A stretch of DNA of 64,000 bases, from the NCBI GenBank assembly GCA_965224245.1, contig OZ245046.1:6336001-6400000 (forward strand), in the 5' to 3' direction. The stretch is from Candidatus Eiseniibacteriota bacterium. Its GTDB lineage: Bacteria > Eisenbacteria > RBG-16-71-46 > CAZAMP01. Numbering within the stretch: the stretch's first letter is position 1; every line of letters starts with the position of its first letter. The notes under the pieces are model-generated. The model had not been told where the DNA came from and ran no database searches. It saw nothing but the letters and a program-made list of their open reading frames with translations. Below, one piece after another: positions 44,286 through 54,486 of this stretch. The position numbers were made by a program, and so were the translations under genes.

Positions 44286-45221
44286 ATGAGCGCCCGTACG
44301 CCCGATTCCTGGCCCACCTTGCCACCGCTGGAGCAGTGGCAGGAGACTTTCGAGACGCTTCACCGATGGTCGCAGATCGTCGGCAAGATTCGCCTGGCCC
44401 ATACCCCGTGGACGAATCACTCGTGGCACGTCCCGCTGTATCTCACGACGCACGGCCTGACCACGTCGACGATCTACCACGGCAGACGCGCCTTCGAGAT
44501 CCACATGGATCTGCAGGAGCACTGCCTGCGCATCACCACGGCAGACGGTCCGAAGCGGAGCTTCCGTCTTCAGGGCACCTCGGTCGCCGACTTCTACGGC
44601 AAGACGATGGGTGCGCTGGCCGACCTCGGGATCGAGACGAGGATCTGGACGACACCGGTCGAGATCCCGGGTGACGTCGAGCGCTTTCCCGACGACACGC
44701 GGGCGGGCTACGACGTGGAAGTGGTCACGGCACTGTGGCAGGCGCTCCTGGACATCCAGCGGGTGTTCATGCAGTTTCGTGCGCGGTTCATCGGCAAGGT
44801 CAGTCCCGTGCACGTCTTCTGGGGCGCGTTCGACCTGGCCGTGACGCGCTTCTCCGGGCGGACCGCGCCGGAGCACCCCGGAGGTGCCCCGAACTGCCCG
44901 GACTGGGTGATGCGTGAGGCCTACTCGCACGAGGTGTCGAGCGCCGGCTTCTGGACAGGAGCGGGCTATGGGCAGCCGGCCTTCTACTCCTATGCCTATC
45001 CCGGGCCCGAGGGTTTCGCGGAGGCCCCGGTAAGGCCCGACGCCGCGCACTGGTTCGCCGACCTCGGGGAGTTCGTGCTGCCATACGAGGCGGTGCGCAC
45101 GGCCTCGGATCCCGAGGCGACCCTCATGGAGTTCCTGCAGTCGACCTATGAGGCCGCAGCCGATCGTGCGCGCTGGGATCGGGCCGCGCTCGAGCGTGAC
45201 GAGTTCGGGCCGGGCGACTGA
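44286..45221 (+). CDS. DUF5996 family protein
   Basis: WP.L...W..T..TLH...QIVGK.RL, NHSWHVPLY, SPVH.FWG.FDLAVTRFSGR, EAYSHEVSSAGFW, FLQSTY. Confidence 0.85.
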   Translation: MSARTPDSWPTLPPLEQWQETFETLHRWSQIVGKIRLAHTPWTNHSWHVPLYLTTHGLTTSTIYHGRRAFEIHMDLQEHCLRITTADGPKRSFRLQGTSVADFYGKTMGALADLGIETRIWTTPVEIPGDVERFPDDTRAGYDVEVVTALWQALLDIQRVFMQFRARFIGKVSPVHVFWGAFDLAVTRFSGRTAPEHPGGAPNCPDWVMREAYSHEVSSAGFWTGAGYGQPAFYSYAYPGPEGFAEAPVRPDAAHWFADLGEFVLPYEAVRTASDPEATLMEFLQSTYEAAADRARWDRAALERDEFGPGD

Positions 45222-45222
45222 C

Positions 45223-46224
45223 ATGCCCGTCGGCTGGCGTCCACGGACGAGAATGGTCGCGGCAGTGCTGCTGATGGCACTCGGAGTGTCGCTTCAGGCG
45301 TGCAGGCCCCGCGCGCCGGAGCAATGGTACGAGATCGTGTCGCAGTCGCCGGGGCCCGAGGTCACCGACGCGACGATGCGCCGGCGGATCGAGGAGAGCG
45401 GGCACCCGTGGAAGGTGCGCGATCGAGCGACCGGAATAGAGTTGGTTCTGGTGATGCCAGGCGAGTTCCTGATGGGATCGCCGGGAACGGAACCGGGCCG
45501 AAACGCGGATGAGGGACCCCAGCACCGCGTGCGGTTGACCACGGCGTTCTACCTGGGAGTGACGGAGGTGACCCAGGCGCAATGGCGGCGCATGATGGGG
45601 TCGAGCCAGGGCTTCTTCAGGGGCGACAGCAAGCCCGCCGACGGGTCCTGGCACGATCTGCGAGCCTTCCTCTCCAGGGCGAACGCAGACATCCCGGAAG
45701 GTGTGGAGCCACTTCGTGCGCCGACCGAGGCGGAATGGGAGTATGCGTGCCGGGCAGGAACGACCGGGCCATTCAGCTTCGAGGGGCCGATCAGTCATGC
45801 CCGGGTGAACTTCAATGACGGCGACGTCGAGAGCGCGTATGTGGACGGCAAGCTGAAGGTCGTGAACGGCAGGCTGGAGGTGGAATGGAAGACGCCCCCC
45901 TCACCCGAGTGTCGCATGACGACCGCGCCCGCTGGATCGCTGCCTCCGAATGCCTGGGGGTTGCACGAGATGCACGGCAACGTGTCGGAGTGGACCGCTG
46001 ACGCGTATGTCCCGGATGCCTACTCGGGCCGAGGTCCGGTGGCGGTGGACCCGATCCAGCGAGCCGTCGGGGACGAGGCTCGCACCCTGCGGGGCGGAGA
46101 CTGGTACAAGAGTGCGCGGTACAGCCGCTCCGCCGTACGCGACGCCGGGGGCACGCACGTCCGTAGCAACCGAATCGGCTTTCGCGTGGCGCGCACGCTC
46201 ACGTCGCGCGATGCGTCAGGGTAA
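45223..46224 (+). CDS. Formylglycine-generating-enzyme (SUMF1/FGE-sulfatase) domain lipoprotein
   Basis: Lipobox LQAC; PGEFLMGS, EGPQHRV, PTEAEWEYACRAG, PNAWGLHEMHGNVSEW, IGFRVAR. Confidence 0.88.
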   Translation: MPVGWRPRTRMVAAVLLMALGVSLQACRPRAPEQWYEIVSQSPGPEVTDATMRRRIEESGHPWKVRDRATGIELVLVMPGEFLMGSPGTEPGRNADEGPQHRVRLTTAFYLGVTEVTQAQWRRMMGSSQGFFRGDSKPADGSWHDLRAFLSRANADIPEGVEPLRAPTEAEWEYACRAGTTGPFSFEGPISHARVNFNDGDVESAYVDGKLKVVNGRLEVEWKTPPSPECRMTTAPAGSLPPNAWGLHEMHGNVSEWTADAYVPDAYSGRGPVAVDPIQRAVGDEARTLRGGDWYKSARYSRSAVRDAGGTHVRSNRIGFRVARTLTSRDASG

Positions 46225-46246
46225 GCCGAGGAAGGAGCAGGAGCGA

Positions 46247-46591
46247 GTGTACATTCATCACATCACGACCTCGACGGAGGCCGAGGAAGCGGCGCGCACC
46301 GGACGCTACGTGCCCGAAGCGTTCGACGCTGACGGCTTCGTCCACTGTTCGACGCGCGACCAGGTGATCCGGGTCGCGAACTTCCTGTTCGCCGGCCGGA
46401 AGGATCTCGTCCTGTTGACGATCGATCGGGCGGCACTGACGAGTGAGGTTCGCGAGGAGAACTGCGAAGGCGGCGATGAGCTCTTCCCGCACGTCTACGG
46501 ACCGCTGCCATGGTCGGCCATCGTATCGGTCCACCCGTTTCCGTGCGGCGACGATGGAACGTTCACGCTGCCTATAGGGCTCGATGGCTGA
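46247..46591 (+). CDS. DUF952 family protein
   Basis: RBS GGAG, GTG start; IHHIT, DGFVHCST..QV..VAN, FPHVYGPL. Confidence 0.85.
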   Translation: MYIHHITTSTEAEEAARTGRYVPEAFDADGFVHCSTRDQVIRVANFLFAGRKDLVLLTIDRAALTSEVREENCEGGDELFPHVYGPLPWSAIVSVHPFPCGDDGTFTLPIGLDG

Positions 46592-46731
46592 CTCTCGTCG
46601 CCCGGGCCGATCATCCATCGACGTCACGGCATCGAGACCTCGAGCCGCCGGTCGTCGTGAACCCCTACCCCACCGAGCACGATCGACGTCCCCAGCTCGC
46701 GAGACGTGACCCCGCGCTCGGGCAGGAGGAG

Positions 46732-49296
46732 TCAGCGGATCGTGACCGTTCCCCCCTGGGGGTCGATGGTGACCCGTCGCGTGATGGAGACCGGCCCTGC
46801 CTCGTCGTAGTCCCCCGCCTCCACGGAGATGGTGGTGCCGTTGCCGGCCACGTCCAACGCGTCGGACACGTTGTCGAAGGGCGCCGACGCGGTGCCGTCT
46901 CCGGAGCCGGCGTAGTCCCCGTCCACGTAGACATACGGAAGCGGCTGGCTCACGAACATGCCGCGACCGTAGGTGGCCGCCACCAGCATCCCCGGGTCGT
47001 ACCAGAAGAGGTCGGACACCTCGACGTTCGCGGGTCCGTCGTGACCGGCGAACTCGGGCGTCACGTTCCAGTTCTCGCCCCCGTCCTCGGACGCGAAGAT
47101 GCCGAGGTCGGTTCCCACGTACACCCACGACGGCTGGTCGGGGTGGAGTGTGATCGTGTTCACGTGGATGACCGGTAGCGCGGTGGGCCAGAGTCCGGTG
47201 CGGTCCTCCCAGTGGAGGCCGGCGTCGGTGGTTCGCCACACCTGCTCGCCGTGGTATCCGCCGAACGTGACCCACACCTCCGACGGATTGGTGGGGTGGA
47301 TGGCGATGTCGGTGACGTACCGATCCGGCAACGAGGGATTGGTGTTGTCCCAGCGGATCCAGGTGCTCCCGCCGTTCGCGGTGGCCATCACCCGTCCGTT
47401 GTCGTAGCCGATCCACACCCGGCTGCCATCCGAAGGCGCGTAGGTCACCGCGCTGACGAGCTCGGAGTCGGGATAGACCGCGGTGAGCGGAGCCCACGAC
47501 GATCCCGCGGTCTGGGTCCGCCACAGGGACAGGCAGCCCACCATGAGCTCGTCGGAATCGTCTGGGTTCATGTCGAAGGGGGCGATGAACAGCGCGGTGC
47601 TGTCTCCATTCGCGTGACCGATCCCGGACCAGATGTTGGAGTACGTGTCCCCGCCGTTGGTGCTCTTCTCGAGCGTGGCGTAGACGTACTCCGCGTAGAT
47701 GATGTTGGGGTTGTCGGGGTTGACCACGCAGTCGCCCCCATCCCCGGTCTCCGCCTGGTACCAGTCGTTGAATCCGTCAAGAGGGCTGTAGCGGAGGTGG
47801 TCGTTGTCCTGCGTTCCCCCCACGATGACCGACCCATCCGGGCTCGCCGCGCCGTGGTAGAACTGGGTCACACCCAGATTCGAGGCCAGGTTCTCCCAGT
47901 TCGATGTCTGGGTCGTGGTCCACGGATCCGCGTTCCGCTGGATGCCGCCGTCGTTGCCGAAGTACACGGTGGTGCTGGTCGTGCCGTCGTACCCGATGGC
48001 CGGCACGATCGCGTGCTGATCGGCGTGGGCGGAGTTCCCGACGTGATACTGAGTCCAGTTGCTGATCCGGGTGATGTTCAGGCCGCCGTCCACCGAGCGC
48101 CAGAGATCGATTCCGCCGAGCAGGATCCGGCTCGAGTTCGACGGATCCACCCAGATGATGTTGTCGTAATTTCCCTGGCCGTTGAAGAGATCCGTGCCGG
48201 AGTACTGGAAGGCCCAGGACCAGCCCGCGTCGAGCGACTGGTAGATGCGGCCGGAGCCATCGTTGACCAGCGCGTAGGCGGTCCCGTCGGCGTGCATCGT
48301 GAACTCCACCCGCCCCTCGATGGCGGGGAGCTTGCCGAGGCCGCCCACCGAGAGGCTGTCCCAGGTCGCGCCGCCGTTCACGCTGCGGTAGCCGCCGCCG
48401 AAGGTTCCCACCAGCATGATGGACGGATTGCCGGGCTGGAGCTCGACATCGGTGACCGATCTCGTCGACGAGAAGATGGGAGTCCAGGACTGGCCCTGGT
48501 CGAACGACTCGCGCACCTCGAGGTGGGGCGTGCCGAGTCCGATCAGCACCCGCCCCTCGTCGGTGGGGTGGGCCACCACCCGGTTCACGTGCTCGAAGCC
48601 GAGTGTGGATGTGAGCTGCGTGTAGGGCCCGGCCGTCCCCGTGGTGGAGAGGAACACGCCGTTCCCGGGCGGCGCGCGCAGCGTGTATCCCTCGCCGGTG
48701 GCAACGTAGATCACGTTCGGATCCACGGCATCCCGCGCGAGCGAGGTCACGTTCAGGTTCGCCATGAAGTCGTCGATGGGGTACCAGCTTCCGCCGTGAT
48801 CGTCGGTCTCCCAGAGCCCTCCGGAGACCCCGCCCACCAGAATCTTCCCGTCGTCCGACCAGTCGGGGAGGATGGCCCGGATCCGTCCGCCGATGTTGCC
48901 CGGTCCGATCCATTCCCAGCTCCAGATGCCGGCATCCCGGTACTCGACACCTCGTGAACGCACCGTCTCCCTGGCCTCGATGAGAGCGTTGCGGGGGATC
49001 GTCCCGTCCGCATCGGTCCGCATCCGGCGTCGCCACTCGAGGGCCGCGTCCGCGTGGGTCGCGGAGACCGGCTCCCCGCGCCGGATCCGCGCCGCCCGCT
49101 CGCGGTGACGGGCCTCCTTCTCCGCGATGCTCCGGGCCATGCTCTCGGCGTTCACCATCAGGCCGGGGACCCGGCCCTCGTCGTCCGATGCGGGGCCGGT
49201 GTCGGTGGGCCGCGGCACCACGAGCACGATCGCGGCGAGCATCGCGACGCCGACGAGGATCGCCGACCCGGCCCGTGTCGTCGTCGTCCCCCTCAT
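46732..49296 (-). CDS. BNR/Asp-box (VPS10/xyloglucanase-like) beta-propeller protein with C-terminal DUF1565-like stub
   Basis: WEWIGPGNIGGR, repeated S.D.G.[ST]W boxes, HADQH, GGTQDN, AATYGRG; ATGA overlap with the upstream gene. Confidence 0.85.
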   Translation of the reverse strand: MRGTTTTRAGSAILVGVAMLAAIVLVVPRPTDTGPASDDEGRVPGLMVNAESMARSIAEKEARHRERAARIRRGEPVSATHADAALEWRRRMRTDADGTIPRNALIEARETVRSRGVEYRDAGIWSWEWIGPGNIGGRIRAILPDWSDDGKILVGGVSGGLWETDDHGGSWYPIDDFMANLNVTSLARDAVDPNVIYVATGEGYTLRAPPGNGVFLSTTGTAGPYTQLTSTLGFEHVNRVVAHPTDEGRVLIGLGTPHLEVRESFDQGQSWTPIFSSTRSVTDVELQPGNPSIMLVGTFGGGYRSVNGGATWDSLSVGGLGKLPAIEGRVEFTMHADGTAYALVNDGSGRIYQSLDAGWSWAFQYSGTDLFNGQGNYDNIIWVDPSNSSRILLGGIDLWRSVDGGLNITRISNWTQYHVGNSAHADQHAIVPAIGYDGTTSTTVYFGNDGGIQRNADPWTTTQTSNWENLASNLGVTQFYHGAASPDGSVIVGGTQDNDHLRYSPLDGFNDWYQAETGDGGDCVVNPDNPNIIYAEYVYATLEKSTNGGDTYSNIWSGIGHANGDSTALFIAPFDMNPDDSDELMVGCLSLWRTQTAGSSWAPLTAVYPDSELVSAVTYAPSDGSRVWIGYDNGRVMATANGGSTWIRWDNTNPSLPDRYVTDIAIHPTNPSEVWVTFGGYHGEQVWRTTDAGLHWEDRTGLWPTALPVIHVNTITLHPDQPSWVYVGTDLGIFASEDGGENWNVTPEFAGHDGPANVEVSDLFWYDPGMLVAATYGRGMFVSQPLPYVYVDGDYAGSGDGTASAPFDNVSDALDVAGNGTTISVEAGDYDEAGPVSITRRVTIDPQGGTVTIR

Positions 49297-51209
49297 TGCA
49301 AGTTCACCAGGACGAGCACGAGCCCGGTTCCGGTCTCCAGCCCGGTCATGGCCTTGCCGATGATCGCCCCGTGCGAGCGGTCATGGTCGACCGCGGCCAT
49401 GGCATGTCCCGGGAGGTCGGAGGTCGTGAGAAGGTCGCCCGGCACGATCGGGTGCGGGCCGGCGGTGGCCTTCACGTAGACGCGCCCGGTGAGCGCGACG
49501 TCCTGCCCCTCGCCGAGGCGGTCGCGCTGTCCCAGCGTGAGCCCCGCGTTGACACCGCCCGCTCCCGAGATCACGCCGGCCACGCGGCGGTCGTAGGCGA
49601 TCGCGCTCTCCACGAGCGAGCCCGGGGTACGGGGATCGATCACCACCACGGTGCCCGGGTCGAGAGGTGCGGGCGCCTCGATGGGGAACGGCTCGGCGAG
49701 ATCGGCGCCGCCGGTGATGTGGAGAACGTCGGTGGTGGTCTCGCCGCTGGTGCCGTTGAGCTGCACCCGCACGTTGCCCGCGGCGTCGAACGCCTGCACG
49801 AGACCGACGTCGGAATCGACGATCACCGATGGGATCCCGCTGGTCCGGAGAAGGTTGATGTCCCCCTTGGTGAAGATCCCCTGGGAGGCGCCCCCGGTGG
49901 GCTCGATGGCGGTGACGTGCATCGTCTGGGTCGCCGCATCCAGACGAATGCCGGGGGACCCGCCTCCATTTGCGTACAGCTCGATCCTGCCCTGCGCGTT
50001 CGGATCGGCCGTCTCGCCGAGCTGGAGCAGCCCCGTGTTGTCGAGGTATGCCCCCACGTACCCGTCGTCGTTGGTGACCTCGAGATCCCCGTTCATGAGG
50101 AGGGAGCGCTCGTCGAGGCCCAGGATCTCTAGCGGCGCATCGGGCGTCGAGGTCTGGATGCCGAGCCGCCAGCCCACGTTGAGCCCGCCCACGCCGTTGA
50201 TCTGTACGGCGCCCGCGTCGGTGTTGATGGTGCGCCCGAGGCCGGGGCCGCCCTGGTCGTAGGCCTCGTCGAGCGTGTTACCCGCCGAAGGTCCGCCGGT
50301 GTTGTCGGTCTCGAAGACGATGGAGCGAACCACCACCGGGGAGCTGGAAGCGTCGGCCCGCACCTTGACGTCGATCGTACCGGCCGATGCGAGGGATCCC
50401 GTCTCCACGATGTATGTCCACGGGCGAATGCCGCCGGCCCGGACATCGATGGTGGAGATCACACTGCCGTCGACCTCCACGGTCGCCGTGCCCGTTCCTC
50501 CCGCCGGCGGCACGCCACCGCCGTTGAACGACAGGATGATCCGCGAGTCTCGACCGCTCCAGCTCGCCGTCTCGGATGCGAAGTCGTAGTAGAAGTGACG
50601 AAGGGTGACGTCGGTCTCGCTGTCGACGATCTCGCTCAGGGCGCCGGACGTCAGCCCGACGACGCCGCCCTGGAGTCCCAGCGGCCCACTCATGTCGTCG
50701 CCGGCGCGCTCGACGTAGCCGTCCGCCCCCACGCCGCCGAGGTTGTCGGCGTCGAAGGCGCGGAACGCGTAGGGGCTGCTCTGTAACGGCGTTCGCGGGG
50801 TCAGCTCGGGCGCGCCGTCCACGGAGATGCCGAGGTAGAGCGTCGCGCCACTGAAGATCGAGGCCGGGATGGGGTTGATCGAGCCGAGCTCGATCGAGAA
50901 CACGCCCTGGCCCACACCGACGGCGGCGTGTGACTCCATCCACACGGCGGTGCCACCTCCAGAATCGGTGTAGATGCCGACGTCGAGCCCGACGGTGCCA
51001 TCCACGGGCGTTCCGAGGTCGTCGGTCAGGTAGCCCTGAAACGCGAGCACGCTCGGGACGACACGTGCGCCGGAGATCTCACCGGAGGTCGGAAGCTCGA
51101 AGCTCGGCGCACCCGGTGCGAGGTTGTCGTGATCGGAGGCAGTCGTCGGAGCCGGTAGACCGGACGAGACCAGCACGACCGCGGTGAGGACGAGGCGGAG
51201 ACTGTTCAT
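49293..51209 (-). CDS. Secreted fibre-like protein with FQG.L.D N-terminal domain and C-terminal chaperone/peptidase-G2-like domain
   Basis: RBS GAAAGGG; signal peptide; FQGYLTD...GVFSIELG...ELTPR..L.SSPYA; LGI.T.TP..PL; GADLAEPF...AYDRRVAGVISGAGG...VALTGRVYVK...PGDLLTTS..PGHAM...GAIIGKAM. Confidence 0.75.
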   Translation of the reverse strand: MNSLRLVLTAVVLVSSGLPAPTTASDHDNLAPGAPSFELPTSGEISGARVVPSVLAFQGYLTDDLGTPVDGTVGLDVGIYTDSGGGTAVWMESHAAVGVGQGVFSIELGSINPIPASIFSGATLYLGISVDGAPELTPRTPLQSSPYAFRAFDADNLGGVGADGYVERAGDDMSGPLGLQGGVVGLTSGALSEIVDSETDVTLRHFYYDFASETASWSGRDSRIILSFNGGGVPPAGGTGTATVEVDGSVISTIDVRAGGIRPWTYIVETGSLASAGTIDVKVRADASSSPVVVRSIVFETDNTGGPSAGNTLDEAYDQGGPGLGRTINTDAGAVQINGVGGLNVGWRLGIQTSTPDAPLEILGLDERSLLMNGDLEVTNDDGYVGAYLDNTGLLQLGETADPNAQGRIELYANGGGSPGIRLDAATQTMHVTAIEPTGGASQGIFTKGDINLLRTSGIPSVIVDSDVGLVQAFDAAGNVRVQLNGTSGETTTDVLHITGGADLAEPFPIEAPAPLDPGTVVVIDPRTPGSLVESAIAYDRRVAGVISGAGGVNAGLTLGQRDRLGEGQDVALTGRVYVKATAGPHPIVPGDLLTTSDLPGHAMAAVDHDRSHGAIIGKAMTGLETGTGLVLVLVNLQ

Positions 51210-51355
51210 TGGGTCGGTCCCTTTCGGTGCACGAGATCGATGATCGAGGATCCCGATCACGTGATGAATGCCGGTTCGTGTCTATGCGATTTCAGGAGGA
51301 TCCGTTCCCGGGGTTCCGGCGCAGCGCGCCACGCTCTGGAATGGCATGCCACGCA

Positions 51356-51916
51356 TCACCACACGCGAAGCAGCTTGCGCCGGTCCGTGAAGCTTCCGAT
51401 CTGTGCGGACAGGTAGTAGACGCCCGGCCGCACCGGGCGATCACGATCGTCGCGACCATCCCACGCGACCTCGTACCAGCCCGGAGCGTAGGCCCGATCG
51501 ACGAGCTCGCGGACCTGTCGTCCGGCCACGTCGTGCACGACGAGCCGGACCCTCGCTTGCTCCGACACCGCGAAGGGAACCTGCGTGATGGCACGGAACG
51601 GGTTCGGGTGCGCGCTACGCATCGCGTGCACGCCGGGGAGCGGTGTCTCCGGCGTGTCGGCATCGAGGAGACCCGGATAGGGAACCCAGAATCCCTGGAC
51701 GAGCTGCAAGCCGCCGCCCGAGGCAAACCCCACGGGACCGGCCTCGGCCAGGGTCGCCTGGAGTCGGACTCCACCGCCGGTGGCGTCGGTGGCGCCTCCG
51801 GAGAACGCGACGCGACCGAGCGTATAGGCACCCGCAAAGGATGCGGTGAGCGTCGCAAGCGCCAGGAGCAGCGCCGTTCGCGTCACGACAGAGCGATGAC
51901 TGGAGAAACGCGGCAA
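51356..51916 (-). CDS. Small secreted Gly-rich 'GFW' protein fused to a FlgD-Ig CTD
   Basis: TTG start 9 nt after GGAGG (start uncertain); SGG....GG..L..TL.E...G..SGG..L..GFW; CTD HPNPFR...HDVAGRQVR...WDGRDD...PGVYY. Confidence 0.75.
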   Translation of the reverse strand: MPRFSSHRSVVTRTALLLALATLTASFAGAYTLGRVAFSGGATDATGGGVRLQATLAEAGPVGFASGGGLQLVQGFWVPYPGLLDADTPETPLPGVHAMRSAHPNPFRAITQVPFAVSEQARVRLVVHDVAGRQVRELVDRAYAPGWYEVAWDGRDDRDRPVRPGVYYLSAQIGSFTDRRKLLRVW

Positions 51917-52030
51917 GATCCATGACCTCCGTTCTGGGCGTGCGGCACGTCGGCCACGGACTGTCCCGATCAGGGTCTCCATTATGGCGCACAATCGGGT
52001 TGGCTGCCTAGTCGCTTGCGCCGCTCCCTA

Positions 52031-52074
52031 CCGCGGTGTCCAGGAATCCGATCGCAATGTCCGAAAACACGATC
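52031..52074 (-). repeat. Two tandem copies (21-bp period) of the dispersed intergenic motif
   Basis: Minus strand GATCGT GTTTTCGG ACATTG CGA and GATCGG ATTCCTGG ACACCG CGG. Confidence 0.5.
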
Positions 52075-52108
52075 GCGCCGCCAAGCTGGAGGTCGCCTCG
52101 CGTCGGTC

Positions 52109-54253
52109 TCACTCGAGTCGGACCACCTCGCGCACGGTCACGTCGTTGCCCGCGACCAGCTCCACGAAGTAGTGACCGGGCGCCAGCTCGGCCGCGTCCC
52201 AGGCGACCTGCCGTTCGTGCCCGGTTCCCCTGCCCTCGAACAGTGTAGCGATGCGGCGGCCGGTCACATCGTAGACGGTCATGCGGATCTCCACGTCCGC
52301 GCGGGATTGGAATCGGACCGTGGTGTCGGTTCGGAACGGGCTCGGCGTGGCGATCAGCAGGGGGCTTCCCGGCGCAGCTCCCGGTACGCCGAGCGCGGGG
52401 GTTGCTTCGCCACGCACTCGGACCGTGGTCTGGGGAATCGGAACGTGGTTCTCCGGCGGACCCGGGTCGTACTGCTCGTCAGCCTCCGGTCCCGCGCCGA
52501 ACCCGAACATCAGGCGTCCTGCCCCCGACGCGCTGCCACGACCCAGCAGCGCGATCCGCGGACCTTCGGGAGGGATCGCGGGCGGTATCTCGAGGTCGAG
52601 TCCGCTCAGGTCGAAGCTCAGCAGCGTGGGGCTCGTGAGTACGTCCGTGACGCGCACCACGCCGTGGCCTCGCACGATCGTGAGTCGATCCGTCACGTCC
52701 ACGTGGAAGAGCTTGCCAGGACTGGAGGGGCTCGAAACGTCGCCGCTGACCGGCACCCCAGGTGGCCACGCCATCAGATCGAACTCCATCATCTCGAAGC
52801 ACGGCGTCGGCCCCCGTCCCTGATCGCAGGGACCCAGACCGGTCGCCACGACCTCGAAACGGGTCAGTACCGTCGACTCCGTCACCTGGTCCAGCAGATG
52901 CACCACCAGGCTCACGTCGTCGGTATCCGTGTCGTGGTAGGACGAAACCCCGATCTCGGACTCGCCGCGCGATAGAGGCCCGAGTCCGTTTCGGAGGATG
53001 TCGGTCTGCGCGACGCAAAGCCGCGACACGTCCCCCTCTTCGGTCCCGACGAGCAGTTCCACGTCCTCGCCGTCGGCCAGCGGCCACCGGACGGCCAGAG
53101 CCGAGGCGTTGCTGCCGGTGCTGTCGATCCCGGTGGCGGAGACGATCGCGCCCGCCTCTGCATCGATCACGTGAACCCGGCCGACCTGATCGGGCGCGTA
53201 GACGGCGCCGGCGACCGGATCGAACGCCAGCAAGTAGGGTCCCCCCACGCCGTCCGGGACGACCGCGGTCCACTCCCAGGTGGCCGACGCTCCGTCGTCA
53301 CGGGCCAGGTGCACCCTCCCGAGGAAATCGCGGACGATGATCGCGTCGTGATACGGCGGGACGAACGGCGCGATCACGTCTGCACGTATCGGAGCCCCGC
53401 TGGGCACGGAAACCGACCAGCGAGGCGAGCCGTCCGCCGGGTTCCAGGCTGAGAGCTGGGTACCCCCTGCGGTGTACAGAACGTCGTTGCGGATGACCGC
53501 CGGTCCCCAGAGCCTGCCCGCGTCCACCGCCCAGGTCGACGTGGCCGTGATCAGGTCGAGTGCAAACAGGCTGGCGCTCGGCGTGATCGAGTTGTCCGCT
53601 CCCACGAACAGCAGATCGAGGAAGGGATCAATGCTCAACCCCCGCACCGCCCCCAGGATCTCGGATGCATTCGACTCGAACTGGAAGCGGGGCGTCGCCG
53701 TCTCCACCTCGATCCCGAGAACGAAGTTGGGCGGACCGGAGCATTCCTGTGGGATCGACGAGGCCACGAACACGAGACCGTCAGCGTACGCTGTCCGAAA
53801 CGAGTCCGACGCCCGGTCATACATGTGGACCACCGGAGTCGCTTCCATCCGGTCCTCGGGACACGAAGCGAGGTTGTGCGTCCACAGCGGATCGGCGAGC
53901 AAGCTGCCGTCGGGCTCGATGACGGACTCACTGACGTACGCCGTTCCCCACACCGTGAAGGCGTGGGACGACCCGTCGTCCCAGGGAACGAGCACGCCCT
54001 CGCGTCCCCCGATGGTCGACGAGTTGTCGATGTGGCTCAACGTGCTCGGATGTCGGGTGTGCAGAAACATCTCGGTCCCGACGAGGAGGAAGTCGAACCC
54101 ATCGGCTTCCAGGATGACGCCGGACGGAGTGAAGTCCAGATCCGCATGGGCGAGTGGGTTCTGGTCGATACAATCTCCCGCCCGGACCATCTGAATGGCC
54201 GAAGCGAGTAGGAGGGAAGTCACCGTAGCCGTCAGCGTCGATGCGACACGCAT
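52109..54253 (-). CDS. Secreted PQQ-like beta-propeller protein with T9SS-type CTD
   Basis: Signal peptide; LFALD.....W, LSAWNPADGSPRW, VHVIDAEAG; CTD TPSPFR...VYDVTGRRIATL...LAPGHYFV. Confidence 0.75.
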   Translation of the reverse strand: MRVASTLTATVTSLLLASAIQMVRAGDCIDQNPLAHADLDFTPSGVILEADGFDFLLVGTEMFLHTRHPSTLSHIDNSSTIGGREGVLVPWDDGSSHAFTVWGTAYVSESVIEPDGSLLADPLWTHNLASCPEDRMEATPVVHMYDRASDSFRTAYADGLVFVASSIPQECSGPPNFVLGIEVETATPRFQFESNASEILGAVRGLSIDPFLDLLFVGADNSITPSASLFALDLITATSTWAVDAGRLWGPAVIRNDVLYTAGGTQLSAWNPADGSPRWSVSVPSGAPIRADVIAPFVPPYHDAIIVRDFLGRVHLARDDGASATWEWTAVVPDGVGGPYLLAFDPVAGAVYAPDQVGRVHVIDAEAGAIVSATGIDSTGSNASALAVRWPLADGEDVELLVGTEEGDVSRLCVAQTDILRNGLGPLSRGESEIGVSSYHDTDTDDVSLVVHLLDQVTESTVLTRFEVVATGLGPCDQGRGPTPCFEMMEFDLMAWPPGVPVSGDVSSPSSPGKLFHVDVTDRLTIVRGHGVVRVTDVLTSPTLLSFDLSGLDLEIPPAIPPEGPRIALLGRGSASGAGRLMFGFGAGPEADEQYDPGPPENHVPIPQTTVRVRGEATPALGVPGAAPGSPLLIATPSPFRTDTTVRFQSRADVEIRMTVYDVTGRRIATLFEGRGTGHERQVAWDAAELAPGHYFVELVAGNDVTVREVVRLE

Positions 54254-54303
54254 GCGTCCTCGATTCCGCTCCTCTGCGGTCTGCAAGCCAAGGCGCTCCA
54301 ATT

Positions 54304-54326
54304 CCGTGGTATCCGAGAATCGATCG
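54304..54326 (-). repeat. Copy of dispersed intergenic 23-bp motif
   Basis: Minus strand CGATCG ATTCTCGG ATACCA CGG. Confidence 0.5.
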
Positions 54327-54486
54327 CGCTGCCAGATTGTAGCCTATGAGCCCTACGCGACGAGTCTGACCAGCGCCGGAGAGCGCCAGCGTCGACCGAC
54401 CCCTGGTCTCCCGGTCCGGCCCCTTATCCGTTGACGCAGCCCCGCCGATCGGTCATGCATGGGATCTCGGAGACAGGAGGTCAGGC

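Noticed and set aside
49293-51209. Prophage tail gene
   Set aside because: It has a signal peptide, and no other phage genes are in the window.
51615-51923. Frameshift at the 5' end of the GFW gene (ATG after GGAGG is in another frame)
   Set aside because: That ATG is only 2 nt from the RBS; an in-frame TTG at 51916 has normal spacing.
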